A stretch of DNA of 64,000 nt from Spongospora subterranea f. sp. subterranea (lineage: Eukaryota). Every line of letters begins with the position of its first letter. Position 1 is the first letter of the stretch. The notes under the pieces were generated by a model that saw only the letters and a list, made by a program, of their open reading frames with translations, was not told where the DNA came from and ran no database searches. The stretch lies in contig JAUGWO010000009.1 in assembly GCA_049724395.1 (NCBI GenBank), positions 124,001-188,000 on the forward strand, read 5' to 3'. Made by a program: the position numbers and the translations under genes. Of this stretch, positions 57,937-64,000 are shown piece by piece.

Positions 57937-59980
57937 TTACCAAATATATTGCGAACCTGCTGGACGATACTGACCATTCACTAAATCGTTGGCGTTGAAC
58001 GTCAACGTGAGTGGTTTGTTTTTAGCATATGTACGTAAGAAGATTGGAAATTTAGCTATGATCTGAGGACCGACGAATAATCCAGGAAGCGTGACGTTGT
58101 TCGTCTTAATGAACGAAATCATTATGATATTACAATTTCGTTGTGGAAAATCTCAAACCAATTGTTTTCGAATCCTTTACCAGCAGCAACCGCCCTTCAT
58201 CCCTTTTTCCAGGCTTTTGGTTATTAGGGAGTAAAATCTCGTGGCCACGAACTCAGCAAACACATGTTTCGTAACGATCTTTTGAGGCGATTATCAATGT
58301 CGACCCGATCTTACACCGGGACCGTGGATAACGACGATAAGGAGGTGCTGGCTAACCTCACCAGGTCCATTATCCCTGGCGATGTGTTTGACGCAGACAC
58401 GTTTAATCCGCTTCGCGAATGTTGATTTGCATAATTACCAGCTGGTAACTAGCGGGTAGTAGTAATTTAATATTTTTTGCCTTTGCAATGCTCTGCCAAC
58501 TGCTATTGCATCTGTTTTACATGTTGTCTGGACTGTCCTCTGCTTCGATGCGGTTTACTCTTCCACGACGAGGATTTCCGAAAGGGAAACTCCTCAACAC
58601 GCACGCTTAAGTACAGCTGAATGGGGTTTGGATGACGATTTATCAATACCGTTATTCCCTGAGAGCACCGGCGATACAATGCCTCTGTGAACGTTTCTCG
58701 TCTCAATGGATTGATTTAGACTCGGAGCAACGACGATCACCTGGATATTTTGGATATCTTTTCATCTACTCCTAGTTTGGAATCGACATTCCCGTTACCG
58801 ATGGAATCAACGCTTGCATTTCCGGGTTGGGCTCGCACGCAGGTCGTCAGGTGTGAGGAACTGGGACATTCTTTAATTCGTCATGATTAGAGATGTTTGA
58901 TATCCTGGGTTTACCAGTAGAATGGGGTTCGTCTTTAAATTTGTTTTATGATGTTATCGAAATTTTATGCGGACTCTTCCACGTCGAGGATTCCTGACTC
59001 GATCAACGCATGAATCCGCCCTGCCTTTCTCGAAGCATCTCTTGCATGTTCGATGATGATCGCACGCGAGTTATTGACGCACGCGATCCTGTTGTACTAT
59101 TCATTGAATGGGCCGCCTTTCTCCTTTCTTCCAGTATGTCGGTATCCAAAACAACTGCTACCATCGCCTGAGGCGGCTCTATCACTGTTGTTGTCAGCTG
59201 GGACAAAGATGAGAAACGATTCCAGAGGCATGGGATCGCCGGTGCTCTCAAGGAATAGCGGTATCGATGAATCGTCATCCAGAAGCCCATCAGCTGTACT
59301 CAAGCGTGGGATGTTGAGGAGTTCCCCTTGGTTGTTCGGACCGATATGCATCTCTGATGGCGAGTTGGATGAGAGATAATCCATCGAGCGGTCTGCATGG
59401 CCGAATTAAAAATTTTCACTTGACATGAGGTAGAGCAGTTGTTCTGCCAAAAAAAGCCATAAAAAGCGATATTTTCCGACAAATGGGTGTAAATGGCCCT
59501 CGCCGTCCCATAAACTACGGTTTCTCAAATAACGTGCTGTATTTCGTTTTGATTGCTCAGCGATGCTAACGCACGATAGAATTCTCAAACATACCGATAT
59601 CTGAATTGATAGGGAAAATTTGGTTGGAATATCTGTTCCATTAACCACCTTGAACTGGTTTGCATTCCAGACCGTCGCCTTGATCAATATGGTCAAAATT
59701 ATGACTCTTTTTTTATCCTAATTTCCCTCAAAACATTACCAATCTCGTACTGCGTTGCCGTCCATCCGGCGTAGCCTACAGGGTTCGAATACCCAGCAAA
59801 ACTGGATTTTTCACCATAAACCTCAGTACTCCTCGACGCAAAAAAGGAAACAAGGCAATTGACTCGCCATGAATTTTGTTTTTTTTTATTCACATTCCAA
59901 CGCTCATCCGTAACGTTCCCGCAACACAAAAACAGGTGTATTTTGCTTCCTGCATTCTCCCTATCTTTTCTGCTCCCCAC
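57937..59980 (-). CDS. Probable multi-exon hypothetical gene; boundaries uncertain
   Basis: A chain of minus-strand ORFs separated by intron-sized gaps, ending GQYRPAGSQYIW. No family recognised. Confidence 0.3.
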
Positions 59981-60356
59981 TCTCAGACTGTATCATTACT
60001 TCTTCCGCCGCCTCTTTTATACTGTAAAACCAGGTCGAGAGTGGCCATTCAGCACCGGAGTCCCACAAAACAAGTCCAGGTAACATTACGCAGGACACTC
60101 TGAATCTGATGGGGGCGGTGACTCAAATACGTGCTCGTAACAGTTGGCGCGGCCTTTTCCCGTGGATTTCGAATACACATTACACACGGTACCGTGTCGC
60201 GGTACCGCACTGAAACAATTGCTTGTTTTCCCGATCATTCCGCTAACTGGGGATTGACGCCCTTTTAGGGTCGGCACCGATTAGGGAATCTGTAAATCTT
60301 TATTCGCGGCCTTGACACGCTTTTGATCGGAAGAATTCGGACCGACCCATGTTCCC

Positions 60357-63006
60357 ATGTCGATGAGCGAGCGTCACGCTTATCAGAGGCTGCTTGGCGC
60401 ATTAACAAGAAGACATGAGGTTGAAGCAGATTTTTGAGGTTTCAATTCCTGGAATCTGATTGGCCTTTATCATTTTGCAGATCATCGCCTCGTGCGAAAG
60501 GATCTTGCGGTTATGCGGCCATAATGAGGTGAAATATGACGGGGAAGATCGGTTCGGATTTGAAATGGGCAGCAATCTTCATTCAGATCACGATATGGAC
60601 TTGGCCATCTCCTTTGATATGGAACTAGACCCAGCAGTCGTCGCCGATTCGGATCAAGACCTTCACTATCTGAATAGCGACAATCCACCCTCGCAAACCG
60701 ATCCTCAAATGCAGCGTTGGCAATGTTTGCAAGATTTGCAGACGATGAGGAGTGGTATGGCGCTACCCGAGACCTCACAGGTTCCCGATGTATGCTGTCG
60801 TCCGTACATATCGGTTAGGTCCCGGGACGTCATTCGGAAAATTCTCCCGTCGACGGATGCGATCGCAGGCGATGTTATTCACGTCCCATTCACTGCGCGC
60901 GAAATGACTTTACTCATGCGTTCGGCGGAACAGTGTTTTGGAGTTCCCGATCTTGTAAATCGTTGCGTTCAAGTTCGGGTTTGCACTTTTGATATAGTTT
61001 CCAGAAAAAATTGGCGTCACTGATGCCTGGCAGAACCGTTACGGATATTCGATTGGCATGGCTCGATCACCTTCTTGGACTTGAAAGCGATCACGACCAA
61101 ATCGTGTTGTATCAGCAGCCTGTTCGACCGCCACCCACGTGCCATGTTCATGCTGCAGATGCTCTATCCATGCGTCCGAAACCCGTCGTCAGGGAAACAT
61201 CGCAGGTTCAAAACTAGTCTCGGTTCTTGCCTCTATGGCTCAGTTGATACTGTTTATGCTGTAGGGTGGAGAATGTGTTCGTGACACGCACTGGATCTAT
61301 CGGTTAGGTTGGTTGCGACGTTAAAATGCGGCTTCCTGCGCTCAACAACGGTCGTCTGGCTTACAGGGTACATACATGCGGAATGCACATTCCGAATGCA
61401 GATGGAGCAGGTGTTGAACGATATTGTAACTGGCGTCACCGAGGATACAAGCCATTTGGCTGTCATTGTTGGTATGGGTGCCGAGGGCGCCGGATCATCG
61501 TTACTGCTCGATATGCACGACCTGTCGATCAGGTCGTTGAGTGGTCATAGGTACTTCGTCATTTGAGATTGTTTTTTGTTTTGTTGTTCAATGTTCTCTA
61601 CATTAGTGGGGTCGTAACTGAAGCCCTTTTCACGTCGGATGGACGATATATCCTAACAGGGTCCGACGATAAAACTGTCTGTATATACAATAGTTCCACA
61701 TCCGCGTTCACACACTCAGTCAAGGCACCGAATCCTCTTGTTCGGTTAGCACAACACAGGCAAGAACCTATCTGTGCTCTAGCTTCACGAGATGTCCGAC
61801 ATTTTTGCCGATTACTTCGTTCCTCTTTCCTGATCTCCTTGCTTTTAGTCGAATACCTTGAATCTCGTCAATGCCTCTTCACACGTTTCTCACAACCTAA
61901 GGCTGCCTTTCACAGACACAGTACGCAGTCGTATTCATAATGTTTTTGAAATTGCTTTAGCTCTTGTTGTAGGTTTTAGATTTCTGTTTCGGAGCGGCGA
62001 GGACTTCTTCACAAAATTTACTTATCGCCGGGTTCCAGCATGTATGTTTGCTTAACTGCCGAATCAATCATGAACTGAAGTTGTCCAGCAATCAGCCATA
62101 TTCAAATACCAGCTTCAATCATCTGGTTTACGGAAATCGGGGCAAATTGCTGATGAAGACGGCAACGTCAGTTGTGCAGATATCCGCCGTTGCTGACGAT
62201 GTTGTAGTAACTGCGTCAAATAGGTTTTCGTCATTCGAAGCGTGCCCAACAGTGCATCTGCTTATGCGTCTTCGTTTCTTTTTGCATCGGAATCCGAGCA
62301 TGCTGTTGGGACTGATCGCATAAGTAATCTATTTTTGCCTGTGTTGATGTATACTGATTGTGTTTGGTTCAGAAATATGGGATGCTAGAGAACGCGGCGT
62401 CAATGTCAGGAACTGCCGATTTCTCAGCACTGTTTTCAGTACTGATTTATTAGGTCTCAGGCGGTAACAATCCGGAGTCATACAGGGCGGGGTCGGCATA
62501 TGATTGGCGATATGGCTGTTTCTCCCGACGGTCGCTATCTGCAGACTTCCGGTTCTGACGGATGCGTCTGCATAAGTACAAAAATGTTCAACAATTCACT
62601 GATTAATTCTGATATAAGCGTTAGGCGATCTCAGAAGACTCGGTAGTCGCCCTTTGCTGGTTCTAAAGGTGAATGCGTTACTCATATAGAGGCCGGGCTA
62701 AAGCCTGTTATTTCATTTCAGCACCAACACGATATGGGGCAGCCATCAGAAGGTGTCGCCACCGAATGGTCGCATGACTCCCGGTTCCTTTTAACTGGTG
62801 CTGACGATTGTACCGTCCGAGTATGGGATATGTATGCTAACGATCGAGAATCAAACGACGCGGGTCTTATTCGTACGATTGACGGTAATCGCGCTGGGGA
62901 CGGTTGCGTCCATATTGTAGCCGCCGCACATAACAGTAGCACCTTCATTTACGGGACGAAACTCGGTCAAATCGCAATGTTCGAACAAGAAAGAAGGCGT
63001 TCTTAA
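60357..63006 (+). CDS. WD40-repeat protein with an N-terminal extension, multi-exon
   Basis: LSGH|...FTSDGRYILTGSDDKTVCIY, AVSPDGRYLQTSGSDG and WSHDSRFLLTGADDCTVRVWD. First exon MSMSERHAYQ...HE|IIASC. Confidence 0.8.
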
Positions 63007-63107
63007 ATGTTTATAGAGTGAAATTTTACATTCATTAGATTAAATTCATAGGCCAAAATTATACTTTGTTTTATCTGTGATTCTCTGCTAACTCTGTTGA
63101 AAGGAGT

Positions 63108-63820
63108 CTATGGGGTTGGGTTCCCCAGCGTAAACCCTTCGAGCCGTTTCTGTATCGGCGAAGGCTGGGTTCCTTCTCCATCCCAATCCTCATTGGATAT
63201 GACGATGCGCTCGCTCATTTTATCCAATGTTTGCTTCAGCATTTGACTAAACTCTAACGCCATCTCGTCCACCTTCTGCTTCCATTCGGCAATTTCAGCG
63301 ATTTTGAACGCGATCACTTCGTCCTACAGTCGGTTCATACACATTCACTTGTTGAACAGAAGTTCGATACCTTCTTAGCCTCCATCGCCTGCATATCCGT
63401 TTCCTTTTGGCTATATCTATCCTTAGCCGCCAGCACCTGTTCGTTGAGCTGGTTTATCGTCTGGAGCAGCTCGGTTTTCATCGACTTGTATTGCCGGGTC
63501 ATGTCGGCAGTCACCTCGAACGAGTTCCGCTTCTCTTGCAGGAAATCCTCGTGCAAAATATTGAGCCGATGGCGCAGATCTCTGCAATTGATATCCGACT
63601 CTGAACTCTGATTCGCCGCCATAACTACAAACGCAGGTCAATGTCGACGACGATCTCGTTTAGAACTACGCTCACTCAATCGATGTTTCAGAGATTCAAT
63701 CTGCCTTTTTAGAAACAGATTCTGCATTTCCAACGACAGCGGTTCCTCGGCCTCATTACCGGTTTGCTTCGCCTCCTTCTTTTTGCCTTTCGATTTTTTG
63801 CCCTTGGCTTTCGGCGGCAT
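63108..63820 (-). CDS. CCDC153: Coiled-coil protein similar to CCDC153 / dynein regulatory complex subunit 12, two introns
   Basis: MPPKAKGKK start, a coiled coil, the ADMTRQYKSM motif and EFSQMLKQTLDKM. Confidence 0.65.
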
Positions 63821-64000
63821 TTAACAGCTTGCCCGAAGGGTTAATGATGGATCGATGAAGGTACGTTAGGGATCATGATTCCTGGTCGTCAGATTGGTGA
63901 CCATTGTGGCACGATAAAGTCGCGGGCACCGTTCTCTCGATGAACATTGAACGCAAAGGACAGGATAAAGTTAGGGAACCGTTGAGCGGCAATGAGTCAT

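Noticed and set aside
1..64000. tRNA, rRNA, or prokaryotic operon/defence systems
   Set aside because: None recognised by eye. A tRNAscan-SE/Infernal run would be needed to exclude small RNA genes.

Overview
This is eukaryotic nuclear DNA, not prokaryotic. Genes are dense and carry many short GT-AG introns (about 45-65 nt). A CCDC153/DRC12-like axonemal gene points to a flagellated protist. The gene content and intron style resemble a plasmodiophorid (Phytomyxea), but that is inference only. The window has three zones. (1) About 1-24 kb is mostly decayed transposons (Gypsy/chromovirus, Copia, pogo-like, Tc1/IS630, MULE). It also holds a roughly 16-intron ATP-dependent phosphofructokinase that the ORF track almost entirely misses, a 9 x 63-bp tandem array, a WAPL-like gene and a multi-exon secreted protein. 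(2) About 25-48 kb is a compact gene block: TDO, sphingomyelin/IPC synthase, ABCA transporter, Pro-rich secreted protein, ankyrin protein, secreted CAP protein, BCKDH E2, cytosolic LeuRS and isocitrate lyase. (3) A second TE island (Harbinger, hAT, Gypsy; 48-52 kb) is followed by RPN10, a WD40 gene and CCDC153. The most striking unexplained pattern is that many of the TE relics, and the 5' end of PFK, occur as local fold-back inverted duplications: about eleven of them, with widely different arm divergence. This resembles Mu killer-type hairpin silencing loci. Single-base frameshifts in several conserved genes, including LeuRS, most likely reflect unpolished assembly indels. All calls come from reading the sequence by eye; exon boundaries and identity figures are approximate.
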